Source of the DNA: Octopus vulgaris
Lineage: Eukaryota
Direction of reading: 5' to 3'
DNA length: 64,000 nucleotides
Assembly: GCA_951406725.2 (NCBI GenBank)
Contig: OX597829.1
Coordinates: 23,250,001-23,314,000, forward strand
In this document: one piece after another, positions 40,481 through 54,660 of the stretch
How positions within the stretch are numbered: position 1 is the stretch's first letter
Layout: the number at the start of each line of letters is the position of its first letter
Notes under the pieces: generated by a model
Told to the model about the DNA's origin: nothing
Database searches by the model: none
What the model saw: only the letters and a program-made list of their open reading frames with translations
Translations under genes and position numbers: made by a program

Positions 40481-40631
40481 AGACTTCTACCAGCTGTAAA
40501 TAGCAGCTTTAATAGCTGGATATATACTGCTTGTCATAAAAATATTATGATAAACTAACTTTGTTAGTTAGGATTTGTTTTTATTGGTTAGCTTTTTTAC
40601 ATATTTCCCTCCATATTTTGATAACTAAATA

Positions 40632-41015
40632 TCTCTTTTACTTGTTTCAGTCATTTGACTGTGGCCATGCTGGAGCACTGCCTTTAGTTGAGCAAATCGA
40701 CCCCAGGACTTATTCTTTGTAAGCCTAGTTCTTATTCTATCAGTCACTTTTGCCGAACCGCTAAGTTACGGGAACATAAACACACCAGCATCAGTTGTCA
40801 AGCGATAGTGGGGGGACAAACACAGACATATACACACACATATACATATATACGACGGGCTTCTTTCAGTTTCTGTCTACCAAATCCACTCACAAGGCTT
40901 TGGTCGGCCCGAGGCGATAGTAGAAGATACTTGCCCAAAGTGCCATGCAGTAGGACTGAACCTGGAACCATGTGGTTGGTAAGCAAGCTACTTACCACAC
41001 AGCCACTCCTATGCC
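40632..41015 (-). mobile_element. SINE family A (full length)
   Basis: Reverse-complement match. Confidence 0.88.
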
Positions 41016-44000
41016 TATTAAAATTTTTTTTTTTTTTGCCTTTTCAGTTTTATTTTTGGCAGTCTAATTTTATGTTACTGAAATGCAAATTCACATATTT
41101 GTTTTTTCATAAATGCTTCTGTAGTTCATTACTATACTGAAAACACTCAACACCTTTGGTGTATAAACTAAAACTAAAAAGAATTTAACAGTTTAAATAA
41201 AACTGCTTTCATGAGCAAATATTTTTGCAAACACACAAGATGTGTATGTAACAATTAAAAGGTATTCTTTTATTTTACTGGTTTCAGTCATTGGACTGTG
41301 GCCATGCTGGGGCACCTCTTTGAAGGTTTTTAGTCAATCATATCAATCTTAGTACTTAGTGTTTCAATTCTGTTAGTTCTTTTATGAATCTAAATTGCAG
41401 GACATAAATACAGACAAATACAAATGTAAACATAGGGTAAATTTTGTTCATGTCTTGCAAACAGCTGAACTTTATAACAAGGATGGCTGAACTTGATTAA
41501 TGGAAGAATCACATCTCTAATAAACCATGTTACAGCTTAATGATTTAGCATTCAAATTACTCTGTCAAATGTAATAATTATTTATTCACATTGTTTGGAA
41601 TTAATCTAGCATTATCTCATAGCTTGAAGCTTTTGATGAAACATCATCATCATCACTTAACGTCCGTTTTCCATGCAGGCATGGGTTGGACGGTTCGACT
41701 GGGGTCTGGGAAGCCAAGAGGCTGCATCAGACTTCCCAGACCCCAGTCAAAACGGTTGCATATTTTTAAAATGACATTGTAGGATAGGTGGTGACCTCAC
41801 CAATATGGCTGCCACAAAAAAAAAAGCACCCTGTTGATTCTGTAAAGCAGTTGGTATTAGAAAGGGCATCCAGCCATAGAACCCATGACCACGTCAAAGC
41901 AGACATTGGAGCTCAGTGCAGCCCTCTGGCTCGTTGGCTCTTGTTAAACTGTCCAATGCATGCCAGTATGGAAAACATGCTAGATGATGATGATGATGGT
42001 GATAATTAAAGTCTCTTTGCTGATACCGTTGTCCCAAAATCTTATTCTAGCTTAATGAAAGCTCTTTCAAAATATTCTTAAACATTCATATTCTTTAAGA
42101 ATCCAGAACGACAACATGACACATCATTCTGCAAATATGTTTAAATGTTTAAAAGACAGAAGGAGCACCACTGCTTACAAAGAAACTAGTCTATTACCAA
42201 ACACATAGCTCTATATACGCATAGAAATACTCAATGCAGTCTTTTGTCGCACTAAAATTTTAAATAATAACGGGATTTTTATGTCTTCCTGCAGACATTA
42301 AATTTGTAGTTTTCTGTCTTGTATCATTATCAGCAGCAGCATTGTTTGACATCCGCTTTTCCATGCTTACATGATGGTGACAATCATTTACAGATAACAT
42401 TTGAAATACAGGAGGCAGTAACACACACACACACACACTCACATAGTACATATACATAGATACATATACACACACAATTATATCTCACTTTCCTCTCCTT
42501 TCTTTTCCTACAGGGGTAGCCAAGTATCTCCCCTACAGTGAGATACTTTATCTATCCTTTTATAATACTCTAACCTCTCACCTGGCACAAAGCCACTTAC
42601 CTATTTCCTTATTACCCACCAGGGGCTAAACACAGAGTGGACAAACAAGGACAGACATAGGTATTAAGTCGATTACATCGACCCCAGTGCGTAACTGGTA
42701 CTTAATTTATCGACCCCAAAAGGATGAAAGGCAAAGTCGACCTCGGCGGAATTTGAACTCACAACGTAACGCAGACGAAATACTGCTAAGCATTTCGCCC
42801 GGCGTGCTAACGTTTCTGCCAGCTCGCCACCTCAGTTCCAATCCCTCTCACCTGAGAGATCTTCATCATCAAGTTACCTGCTGACTGCTGGTGCCACATA
42901 ACATGCACCCAGTACACTCTGTAAAGTGGTTAGAATTTTTCTTTTTTTTTTTTTTCAGTTTCCATCTACCTAATCAACTCACAAGGCTTTGCTTAGCCCA
43001 TGGTGCCACACAACTGAACCAAACCCAAGACCATGTTGTTGGGTAGCAAACCTCTTACCAGACAGCCATGCCTGCACCTATGCAACTGTTACATCAAAAT
43101 TTCCTGTCAATTCTATGAGTTCTTATAGACTGTTATATTTTAGCTCAGAAATATTTAAATAAGCCACAGGTTTAATAAAGGTTCCATCCCATACTATACC
43201 AAACAGGATATCATTTTGACCCAAAATAAATATTCCCATATGAATTATCTCCCTTACATGATTTAATATTTGAAGAAATATTTACAACAAAATTGCTTGA
43301 AATTATAAGGTTCCTTTTATGATGATTTTAGTTTTTTATTTTATTTTAATTTGTAAAATATATTTGTATTTCCCAAATTCTTTGGCACAAGATACATTCG
43401 TAACGCGTTTTCAATAATTGATATTCAATTTAGCTTTGTCCATTAAAATCTGACAACCAGCCAATCAGAATTCATGTGTCTTAAAATTTTTGTAGCTTGT
43501 CACGAGTTCCTGTGTCAGTTGGACTATAAATGCCCTAAATTCTTGTTCACGAAACTTTCTGGTCAATTCTATTAACAAATACATCCCTGATATAATTCTT
43601 CAGGAATCTTCTTGTATTTAGATCACCAAGACATTACATTAAATGTGTATTTTGAGTAGATATTCTTCATGTAAATTGAAGAGATACAACTATTTCTTGC
43701 AGACAATGCAACCACGTAGACGTCTTAATAGTTACGTCCCTTGGTAACATGTTCGAGCTATGGTCATGAGTATTCCAGCTGTGACCATCCTGTCTTACAT
43801 TACATTATTCTACATGTTCTTCCTCTCTCAATCTCTAATAGTGAGGGAGCTTACGCTGCTATTTTTAGCATGCTGAATGACAACAAAGAGATTCCCTCTT
43901 CAGCTCACTCTGCCAGTTTTACCCGAGAATGATGACTACATAATTCTGTAAGAGTTAAGTATTTCAAAGAACTGAGCAGCACTGACAGACCAATTTTGAA

Positions 44001-45065
44001 GTGGCAGGGGATAATGCAGTATGAAGGATTTTAAGTTTAAAACCATTCCAACTGATGGCGCTGTTAAGAGATATATCTGAAGAATAACTCTTCATTACGG
44101 ACACAATAGACTAAACACACTGACGGCTTCCACAAAATAGCTGTTTTCTCATCTATCATTGACTCTGGTCACCAGGGTCATTCTTTTGCCATACTTCTTA
44201 GCTACAGAAGAAAGTAGCTGCTTAATAACCATCAGAGAGGGAGATAAAAAAAAATCTGTTTTCTCAACACCAAAAGTACTTCCCAGACAGCCCACCATAG
44301 ATATTGATTTCAAATTTTGGCACGAGGCCAGCAAGTTCGGGGAAGGGGTAAGTATTTCCAAAGTATGATCTCCCCAAATGTCCATGAAAGTGAACAAGTA
44401 GCCAACATAGTGCCAAACTATCTCAGAAATGTGTCACAACTCCTCATCAGAACTCATAAAAGGTCTGTAACAACACAGCCATATTATCACATACACAGTT
44501 ACACATAAACACCTACACAACCATACCACAGGCACATTATGGCACTCTTATTTCAACTTATATAACTCTCTATCTCTCTCTTTCTTCATCATTTTCTCTC
44601 TCTTATCTCCTTCCCCATATCTCTAACATATCTTCCTTGTATCTTGTTTCTTTTGTTTTTGTTTTTTTTTTTGCTCATATGTGATCTGGATATTACCTTT
44701 TGTGATCTTGTGGCAATATTCATACAACACTGTACTCAGCTTGTATTAAAGAACTACAGCCCAACATGTAATTAGTAAGTCAGGGCCCGATTAAGACCCC
44801 AGTGTTTAACTGGTACTCATTTTCTCAATTCCAAAAGGATGAAAAGTAGAGTCAAACTTGGCAGCATTTGAACTTAGAATGTAAAGACAAATGAAATGCT
44901 ATTAAGCATTTTCCTTGGAGTGCTCATGATTTTGTACAACTAAACTACATACACCAGGCAACTTGTGAGGGTTCAAAACATCTCATGGAACAAGCCCAAG
45001 ACCAAAGAAAAGATTTATGGACACATTCCACCCATATCTACTACTGGCCACTGTTACTATGCTGA

Positions 45066-48000
45066 TCATCATCATCATCGTTTAACGTCCGTTTTCCATG
45101 CTGGCAAGGGTTGGACGGTTCAACTGGGGTCTAGGAAGCCAGAAGGCTGCACCAGGCTCCAGTCAGATCTGGCAGTGTTTCTACAGCTGGATGCCCTTCC
45201 TAACGCCAACCACTCCGTGAGTGTAGTGGGTGCTTTTTATGTGCCACCTGCACAGGTGCCAGACGAGGCTAGCGAACGGCCACGGACGGATGGTGCTTTT
45301 TACGTGCCACCAGCAAGGGGGCCAGATGAGGCTGGCAATGGCGACAATCGGATGGTGCTTTTTATGTGCCACCGGCATGGAGGCCAGTCGTGACAGCGCT
45401 GGCAATGGCCATGTTCGGATGGTTCTCTTTCGTGCCACCGGCACTGGTATCACAGCTACAATTTCCATTGATGTTGATCGATTTCGATTTTGATTTTCAT
45501 TTGCCTCAACAGGTCTTCACAAGTAGGGTTTGTGTCACAAGAAGGAAAGGTATGCATAAATGGACTGGCTACGTCCCAGGTAGAGGCCATGGATTATGGT
45601 CTCACTTGTCCTGCCGGGTCTTCCCATGCACAAAGGTCTCGGTCTCTGGTCATTTCCTCGGTGAGACCTAAAGTTCAAAGGTCGTGCTTTACCACCTCGT
45701 CCCAGGTTTTCCTGGGTCTACCTCTTCCACAGGTTCCCTCAACTGCTAGGGTGTGGCACTTTTTCACACAACTATCTTCATCCATTCTCGCTACATGACC
45801 ATACCAGCACAAACGTCTCTCTTGCACACCACAATTGATGCTTCTTAGGTCCAACTTTTCTCTCAAGGTACTTACACTTTGTCGAGTATGAACACTGACA
45901 TTACACATCCATCGGAGCATACTAGCTTCATTTCTTGCGAGCTTATGCATATCCGCAGCAGTCACGGCCCAAGTTTCACTGCCATGTAGCATGGCTGTTC
46001 GTACACATGCGTCATACAGTCTGCCTTTTACTCTGAGCAAGAGGCCTTTTGTCACCAGCAGAGGTAAGAGCTCTCTGAACTTTGCCCGGGCTATTCTTAC
46101 TCTAGCACACTTTCAGCACACCCGCCCCCGCTACTGACTTGGTCACCTAGGTAACAGAAGCTATCAACAATTTCTAGTTTTTCTCCCTGGAATGTGGCAG
46201 AAGTTGGTCTCTGAGCATTTTCAGTGTTTATTGCTCCTGAGCATCTGCCACATACAAAAACTATCTTCCCAGTTAGCCTTCCTTTGACATTGCCGCACCT
46301 CTTATGTGTCCATAGCTTATACTTGGTGCATCTTATAGAGTTTCTACCTACGCCTTTTCTACAGATTGAGCAGGGCCATCTACCTGAAGGCGTTTGTGAT
46401 TTGCCTGCCTTCCTACATATTAGGACCTTGGTTTTAGCTAGGTTGATTTTAAGGCCCTTCGATTTTAATCCTTATCTCCAGACTTGAAACTTTGCCTCTA
46501 GTTCTGATAGTGACTCAGCAATTAGAGCAAGGTCATCAGCATATAGGAGCTCCCAGGGGCAGCCTGTCTTGAATTCCTCCGTTATTGCCAGGAGGACTAT
46601 GATAAATAGGGGGGCTGAGGACTGAACCTTGGTGGACCCCGACCTCTACCCTGAATTCTTTAGCGTACTCGTTGCCAACTGTCACCTTACTTACAGCATC
46701 TCTGTACATGGCTTGCACAGCTCTCACTAACCATTCATCTATCCCTAGTTTCCTCATTGACCACCAGATAAGGGATCGGGGGACCCTGTCAAAGGCTTTC
46801 TCCATGTCAACGAAATCCAGGTACAGGGGCTTATCTTTGGCTAGGTATTTCTCCTGCAGCTGTCTCACCAGAAATATGGCATCAGTGGTGCTTTTCCCTG
46901 GCATGAAACCAAACTGCATCTCATCCAAGCTGACTCTTTCCCTAATCAGTTGGGCTATGACCCTCTCCGTAACCTTCATTACCTGATCCAACAGCTTGAT
47001 ACCTCTGTAATTATTTGTATCTAAAGCGTCACCTTTACCTTTGTAGCAGTTGACTATTATGCTGCTACACCAGTCATTGGGTATGACTCCTCCATGTATC
47101 ACCTGGTTAACTATATGGGTGATTAGGCTATAGCCGACACTACCAGATATTTTGAGCATCTCTGCAGTGATTCCTGATGGGCCTGGGGCTTTCCTTGTCT
47201 TCATGCTTCTAATTGCCTTAACTACTAAGGAACTGTCAACTCGGATAGCTGGTCCCTCTGTTGAGTCGACACTCGGCAGACTCTCTTTATCCCATTCATT
47301 TTCCTTATTTAGCAGCCTCTCATAATGGTGTCTCCAAACCTCTCTCTTAACATCCTCATTCAGCACAAGTGAGCCATCATCCATGCGAACACATTTCTCT
47401 CCTACCACATCACGATTCTCTCTCACACACTGTCTTGCAACACGGAATACCTCAAGTCTTTGGTCCTCACGGCGCAGAACATTGGCAAATTTTTTCTTAT
47501 CTGCTTCCCTTCTGGCTAAATAAACCTGTCTCGTAGCTTCTCTTTTGGTAGTCTGATACAATTCCCTGCTACCACCATTTTTCCAGTCCTTCCAAGCCTC
47601 TCTCTTTTCTCTAATAGCCCTGTCTACAACATTGTTCCACAACCTCATTATTTTGGGTCGAGATGGGACTTTGCACCAGCCACAGATCTGGTCAGTGGCT
47701 CTCAGCAGGTTGTCCCTTAGAAACTTCCAGTTGTCTTCTACCCCATGTGAAGCTATATCCCCTTCTACTTCGTCAAAGGCTTCAAGTAATATGTCCCTAA
47801 GTCTCTGTCCATTCGCAGGATCTTTAAGCTTCCAGAACCTTCTTCTCCATGTTGGTCGTCTTCCGGTCGTCCTCTTAGTCTTGATCCTAAAGTCACTAAC
47901 TACCAGTCTATGTTGTGGGGTACATTCTTTGCCTGGGAAGGTTTTGGCATTTATAAGCAGCCATCTTTCCCTTTTCCTGGCAAGGATGTAGTCAATTTAG

Positions 48001-48235
48001 CTGGTATGTCGGCCCGATCGGTAAGTGACTAGGTGGCTGGTAGGTTTCCTAAAGTTAGTGTTGCAAACCATACGATCATTTGCATCGCAGAACCATAACC
48101 ATAGCCTCCAGCATGTCGTCCAACATGACCATTGAAGTCCCCAGCCACAAAGAGAAGGTCTCTGTCGTTCGTCAACGAGATAGTAGGGTGTCATAGAATC
48201 GGTCTTTCTGTCCATCGGATAGCCCTGGCTGAGGG
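45066..48235 (-). mobile_element. RTE-clade LINE, frameshifted, with repetitive 3' UTR and (GAT)n tail
   Basis: ORF pieces with NYRGIKLL, QFGFMPGKSTTDAIF, DMEKAFD, GVHQGSVLSP, LHGSETW and GRGRPRKTW; tail catcatcatcat at 45066. Confidence 0.92.
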
Positions 48236-48259
48236 GCATGCACATATATATAAATGTGT

Positions 48260-48293
<34 letters not shown>

Positions 48294-48590
48294 AGGCACA
48301 ATGGCCCAGTGGTTAGGGCAGTGGACTCATGGTTGTAGGATCGCGGTTTCGATTCCCAGACTGGGCGTTGTGCGTGTTTATTGAGCGAAAACACTTAAAA
48401 GCTCCACAAAGCTCCAGCAGGGGCTGGTGATCCCTGCTGTACTCTTTTACCACTCTTTCTCTCGCTCTTTCTTCTGTTGGCCTGCTCGCTTAGCCAGCGG
48501 GGTGGCGTCATTCAAAGGCTAAAACAATGCGAACACATTGTGACCAGCGATGTGTAGCCACATCTGATGGTCTGGTCGGTTACGTGATCA
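48294..48590 (+). mobile_element. tRNA-derived SINE family C
   Basis: A box tggcccagtggtt and B box ggtttcgattccc; related copies at 8600-8965, 18415-18665 (-), 21024-21300 and 61050-61372. Confidence 0.75.
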
Positions 48591-48614
48591 CATATATATA
48601 TATATATATATACA

Positions 48615-48985
48615 CTAGCAGTATCGCCCGGCGTTGCTCAGGTTTGTAAGGGAAATAACTATAAAGCATTTTTAGAGAGTTATAGCCAAAAAACAGGAAA
48701 AAAATGATGGTAAATTTTTTTTTGAGATTTAAAAAAGGTGGAGTTGCGTCCCCTAGACAGTTTGTGGTTCGTATTCCTGATTCTCGACCCCATGTCGAAT
48801 TTATCGATTTTTTTCAGAACTGGGGGAACTTTTCAAAATTTTCGCTGCGTTAGTTTTGAATTATGACATTGGGCTATGTGTGTGTCAAGTTTCATCAGAA
48901 TCGGTTGAAAGCCGTGGTCAGGGTGAGGGTACAAGCAAACAGACACACAGAAACACGCACAGACAAACTGCCGTTTATATAGAGA
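48615..48985 (-). mobile_element. Non-autonomous Helitron (same family as 4386-4767)
   Basis: Highly similar reverse complement of 4386-4767 with the same termini. Confidence 0.8.
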
Positions 48986-49260
48986 TACATATCAGTTCTG
49001 ATCCACCTGTCCAACCCATGCCAGCACAGAAAACAGACATTAAATGATGACAATGAAGATGACATTCACTCACATACACACATATACAATAAGCTTGTTT
49101 CAGTTTGCATCTACAAAATCCTCTCAAAAGGCTTTGAGCCCAGGGGTATAGAAGACACTTGTCCAAGGTGCCATGCAGTGGAACTGGACCTGGAAAAAAT
49201 GTCATTGGGAAGTGAACTTCTCAGTCACAGTAACTGCTATGCTTGACCCACCCAAACACC

Positions 49261-49299
<39 letters not shown>

Positions 49300-49432
49300 C
49301 GAGAGAGAGAGAGAGAGAGTAAAATATAGTATTTTTTCTAAATTTCTCATTAAGACAACAAAATAATAAATCCCAAGATTATAAGCCAATGAGGAACTAA
49401 AACTTGGGTTTTTTTTTTTTGTTTTCACTTAC

Positions 49433-49473
49433 CTTACTGGCATCTAAACACTTGACTTCTGATGGAGAAAGTT
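49433..49473 (-). CDS. SPAST: Spastin exon (41 bp; human exon 16 equivalent): (E)LSPSEVKCLDASK
   Basis: ttttag acceptor, gtaagt donor; its length and phase bridge the flanking exons exactly. Confidence 0.9.
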
Positions 49474-52400
49474 CTAAAATGAGAGAGAAAAAATAATGAG
49501 TTATCATTTAATTTGTTTAACAAATACAAAATGTGAGAATTATATTTACAATATAACTTTAAAATGAGAAACAAAGCCAAAAAGAAGGGTTTCATAAGGC
49601 TTCAGATATAAACTGGTAGAGTTAAGTCTCTAAATTCTAGATTTACAGTTACTCTTTTACTTGTTTCAGTCATTTGACTGTGGCCATGCTGGAACACCAC
49701 CTTTAGTCGAGCAAATCGATCCCAGGACTTATTCTTTGTAAGCCTAGTACTTATTCTATTGGTCTCTTTTGCCGAACCACTAAGTTACGGGGACGTAAAC
49801 ACAGACACACAAACATATATATATATAGATATATATATGCATACATATATACCACAGGCTTCTTTCAGTTTCCACCTACCAAATCCACTCTCAAGGCTTT
49901 GGTCAGCCCAAGACTATAGTAGTCATACATTGCCATACATTGGGACTGAACCCAGAACCATGTAGTCTGTAAGCAACCTATTTACCACACAGCCACTCCT
50001 ATGCCTATGATAATAAAATGCTATAAAGATATAAATTTTTTTTTTTATTGCTTTTGCTTAGATCCAAATAAGTCCTGATCAAATTGGTCTCTAATCAAAT
50101 GCCTTCCAATTGTGACCATCATTCCTTTTTTTCAGCATGGCATAGCTAGTATTATGTCATTTAGAGTTACCCTTTTGACACCAAACCATCTGAGGCCACC
50201 CCTGTGCTTGTGATACAAACTTGCTGTTTTAAATTAATCTAAATTAAAACCATTCATCAAAATTGCATGCTAATTTATGTTCTAAATACCTAAGCTGGTG
50301 TTTAAATGCAATTTGTTGCTGAAATGCTAAGTTACAGGGGCATAAACAAAGTTATTTCATTAAATTCTTCATCATTTTCAAAATTTCTTAAAATAAAAGC
50401 AGTGTATCTCAACAGAAATATCCTACTCATATAATTTAGCTTCCAGATCTTTCCATCATGTTTGTCTAAACCCATCTGCTACCAGCCCTGCCTGAGACCA
50501 TCCTTGGTTCCATGATCCAAACACCCTAAATTAAAAGCTTCCATCCAAACACCAACTTAATAACGACAAAGTTATTTTACAAAGTCCTTCATCATTTTCA
50601 AAATTAACTGAAACAAATGCAGTGTATTTCAAAACTTCTTGCTTGTGCATGTGTTTGGAAAACTTGGGAAAATAAAGGGAGGCAGGGTTAAGATGGTAGT
50701 GTGCAATTTGGGGTGTCAAGCAATGTGAAATGAAGTGCCTTGCTTAAGGACACAACACACTGCCCATTCTAGGAATCAAATATGTAACTTAATGATCATG
50801 AGGACTAGACCTTAACCAGTTGGCTATGTTCCCCTGCTTTGAAGAAATTATAGCTTAACAATAGTACTCATTATTGAGTGAGAGAGGAGTACATGCCATC
50901 AAAGTGACACTGGGGTACAATTATACGAAGCCCAATATACCCATCATTACTACCCATCTGATAAAGGTACACCAGGCACATGCATCACAACCACATGTGC
51001 ACAACATGGTGATCTTACATCAAGATAAATAGTGCACGACCATGCAGGTGGGGCCCAGTTAGAATTTTTTCAGGTTGAGTAGCCCATCCTGCTCAAAAGG
51101 TCTTTGAATAAGGTTTGTTTAAGGATGATGAACAAAACACCCATGTTTCCAGAAGTGAATTATTCAAACCTCCAAGAATCCCTATCAACACATGACTATG
51201 ATGCTCCTCCACTACTTCTGCTCATGGTCAGAGAGGCACATAACATCATCCACTAAGGGACATGCTTAACTGGTTAAGGTCAAGCAACTGTGGTATTGAG
51301 TAAAATATTTGCTGTAGCCCATCTTTTATACCAAGACAAAACAATGTACATGATAACACTTACAATCAGTTAAGATCAGAAGCCATGAGAGCCACTGCCT
51401 GGTATTGCATCAGGGCATAATTACTCATTATTATTATTACTATTACTATTATTATTATTATTATTACTATTACTATTATCACCACCATCACCATCATCAT
51501 CATTATTATTATCACAATTATTTCTGCTGAGGTTGACCTTGTCTTTCATCCTTCAGGGATTGATGAAATAAGTACCAGTGGAATACTGGAGTTGATGTAA
51601 TTGACTTAGCCCCGCCCTCCAAAATTTCAGGCCTTGTGCCTACATCAGAAAGGATTGTTGTTGCTGCTGCAGTTGCTGTTGTTTTTTACTTTTCAGTCTA
51701 GTCGGGAAAAAGTGCTCTCTATTTGACCCTGACAAAATAGTTGCCTCCTTGATGCAGTTTTAGCAGATATGACCAACAGATGTATATATTTTCTATATAT
51801 GTCTGTAGATTTTCTGTAGTTCTATAAGTTATCTTCAGGCCACTATTACTAGTAATCTTCTCTGGAATTTTATTTTCAATTCAATTTAAAGTTTATTTTC
51901 AATTAAATACCTCAACTAATTTGATCTTAATGACAAATAATTAACATTACATTCAACACATTTAACCCTTTTGATGCTAACCCACAAAAGACCATCCTTG
52001 GTTCTATGTTGCAGAGTTTATATTTTAAAGAAAATCTAGAAAATCTAAATCTTAAAAATTTCCATTGAAATTTTGTTATTTTTTTTTTACAAATACCAGA
52101 TTTTTAGTAATGAGTTTTTTTTTTTAATTCTTCATTATTTTCAAAAATTAACTGAAGCAAAGACAATGTGTTTCCATAGAAATATGGTAATGAAAAGAGT
52201 TGAATTAATTACAAATGAAAAATGGATGTTAAATGATGATGAAGGTGATGATGATGATGGTGATGATGATGATTTCATTTCTGGAAAGCGATATCTACAA
52301 AATTTAATCAGAAAAGTTACTAAAATTTGTAATTTTCTGAAATTCAATTCAGCAAATGTATCATGAGATAAAATTAAATGGATATTTGCTAAAAAAAAAA

Positions 52401-52514
52401 AAAAAAAAAAAAATTAACAGCATTTAATGTGCAAAAATGTAAAAGAACAAGATTCTTAAATGCTAAGCAAAGATTGCTCTGGCATCAAGCTGCAAAATTA
52501 ATTTCTGATATTTA

Positions 52515-52670
<156 letters not shown>

Positions 52671-52804
52671 TTAGTCATAACAAAAATATACTTCACATTG
52701 TTTGAAAAAAAAAAAGGAAGCAACATCAACAATTATTTATTCTTCATTAAAAAGTCTATTTCCCAGTTTCTTGCTAATTTAGTTTTTCACAATATATTTA
52801 TATG

Positions 52805-53325
52805 TTGCCAGCCTCGCCTGGCCTCCGTGCCGGTGACACGTAAAAAGCACCATCCGATTGTGGCCGTTTGCCATCCTCGCCTGGCCCCCGTGCCGGTGGC
52901 ACATAAAAAGCACCATCCGATCGTGGCCGTTTGCCAGCCTCGCCTGGCCTCCGTGCCGGTGGCATGTAAAAAGCACCATCCGACTGTGGCCGTTTGCCAG
53001 CCTCGCCTGGCCTCCGTGCCGGTGGCACATAAAAAGCACCATCCAACCGTGGCCGTTTGCCAGCCTCGCCTGGCCCCCGTGCCGGTGGCACGTAAAAAGC
53101 ACCATCTGATCATGGCCGTTTGCCAGCCTCGTCTGGCATCTGTGCCGGTGGCACGTAAAAAGCACCCACTACACTCAAGGAGTGGTTGGTGTTAGGAAGG
53201 GCATCCAGCCGTAGAAACATTGCCAGATCAGACTGGGCCTGGTGCAGCCTTCTGGCTTCCCAGACCCCAGTTGCACCGTCCAACCCATGCCAGCATGGAA
53301 AGCGGACGCTAAACGATGATGATGA
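52805..53325 (+). mobile_element. RTE 3' UTR/tail fragment with six ~60-bp GC-rich tandem units
   Basis: Unit gccagcctcgcctggcctccgtgccggtggcacgtaaaaagcaccatccgatcgtggccgttt; homologous to 45066-45450 in opposite orientation. Confidence 0.85.
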
Positions 53326-54143
53326 AAGGAAAACTTCAGATGTGAATTTAGTCACTACAAATGTTATTTCTCAATTTAAACTCTGTGTAATTTCATCTAA
53401 TAAACTGATATATTCTTTTAGTTTTCTTTTATTCATTTCAGTCACCAAATGCGACCATGATTTTGAGAGTTTTAATCAAATATACTAAGCCACATAGTTT
53501 TTCTTGCATTAGTGATCCCGGAAAAAACAAAAAAGTTCAACTTGAACATTGAAGCAAAGGGAAGTAATCCGGTCAGATAGTAATACAACTGAATATTTTT
53601 ATATGTGAATGAGCTGGGTCTTAAAGACTGAAAATTGTTTAGGGCTATTAAGGACAAGATCCTCATGCCAATAATTCCTATCACATTTTGGTTTCATACC
53701 TTAAACCTAATTATAGAAAGTTTTTTTTTTGTCTTTTTTATGATCAATATATATACATATATTATATACACATGTTTATGAATTTGCTTTGCACAATACC
53801 TGATGTGAAATCATGTGTTGAAACAGGTATTGTTATATTTCAAGATGGTCATTTGACTATCCCAAAATATAATATATAATGAGATGACAAAGGAATAAAT
53901 GAATACACAATTGTCTTATGAACTTCATTAGCTTACAGTTGTTTCTGACACTCTAGTTGAGTGCTTGAGTAACCTTACAGAAACAGAAACAGCTGTAAGC
54001 TAATGAAGATCATAAAATAATAATCGTTTGTTACTTTGTCATTACACTTTCTTATTACCATCCTGTACTTGACTAACAATTTATTCTGAAGCATATATAT
54101 ATAGTGAGTTCTACACCAGATTATTAGCCTCACAATACCTAAG

Positions 54144-54195
<52 letters not shown>

Positions 54196-54372
54196 ATAAA
54201 TATTAGGGAATAAATCCAAATTTACAGGGAAAAAATCAGATTTAGGATTAAATCCAATTTTATAGTAAAATATTATATAATATTAATTAGAGACAAAACC
54301 ACTATTTTGCAAAACAAACAAGGAAAGACTTAATCAATACATAAAATTTTAATAAAAAAGTAAAAAAAAACG

Positions 54373-54416
54373 CCACTACAATTGTTTCATGTCTTCAAAT
54401 GACAATCTTCAGGTGG
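54373..54416 (-). ncRNA. Minimal type I hammerhead ribozyme motif (mirror copy; on the spastin sense strand, intronic)
   Basis: Reverse complement of 54443-54486. Confidence 0.85.
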
Positions 54417-54442
54417 ATTTCCGATTTTCAAATCAGTGAAAT

Positions 54443-54486
54443 CCACCTGAAGATTGTCATTTGAAGACATGAAACAATTGTAGTGG
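54443..54486 (+). ncRNA. Minimal type I hammerhead ribozyme motif
   Basis: Stem I CCAC/GUGG; CUGAAGA 54447-53; stem II UGUC-AUUUGAA-GACA closed by a U.U pair; GAAAC 54471-75; palindromic ACAAUUGU; GUA 54480-82. Confidence 0.85.
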
Positions 54487-54568
54487 CGGTTTTTTTACTT
54501 TTTTATTAAAATTTTATGTATTGATTAAGTCTTTCCTTGTTTGTTTTGCAAAATAGTGGTTTTGTCTC

Positions 54569-54622
<54 letters not shown>

Positions 54623-54660
54623 TAGCAAGAGAGAGAGAGAACAGAATGTGGTATTCTTAC

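Larger units (their letters stand above)
54283..54574. mobile_element. Palindromic ribozyme-bearing element, ~138-bp arms, in a spastin intron
   Basis: Near-perfect inverted repeat with a ~16-bp spacer; bounded by (TA)n at 54148-54190 and 54573-54617. Confidence 0.75.

Noticed and set aside
53783-53834. caatac-CTGATGTGA...GAAACAG-gtattg as a hammerhead
   Set aside because: A9 is missing and there is no credible stem II; the related copy at 11780-11822 lacks the core.
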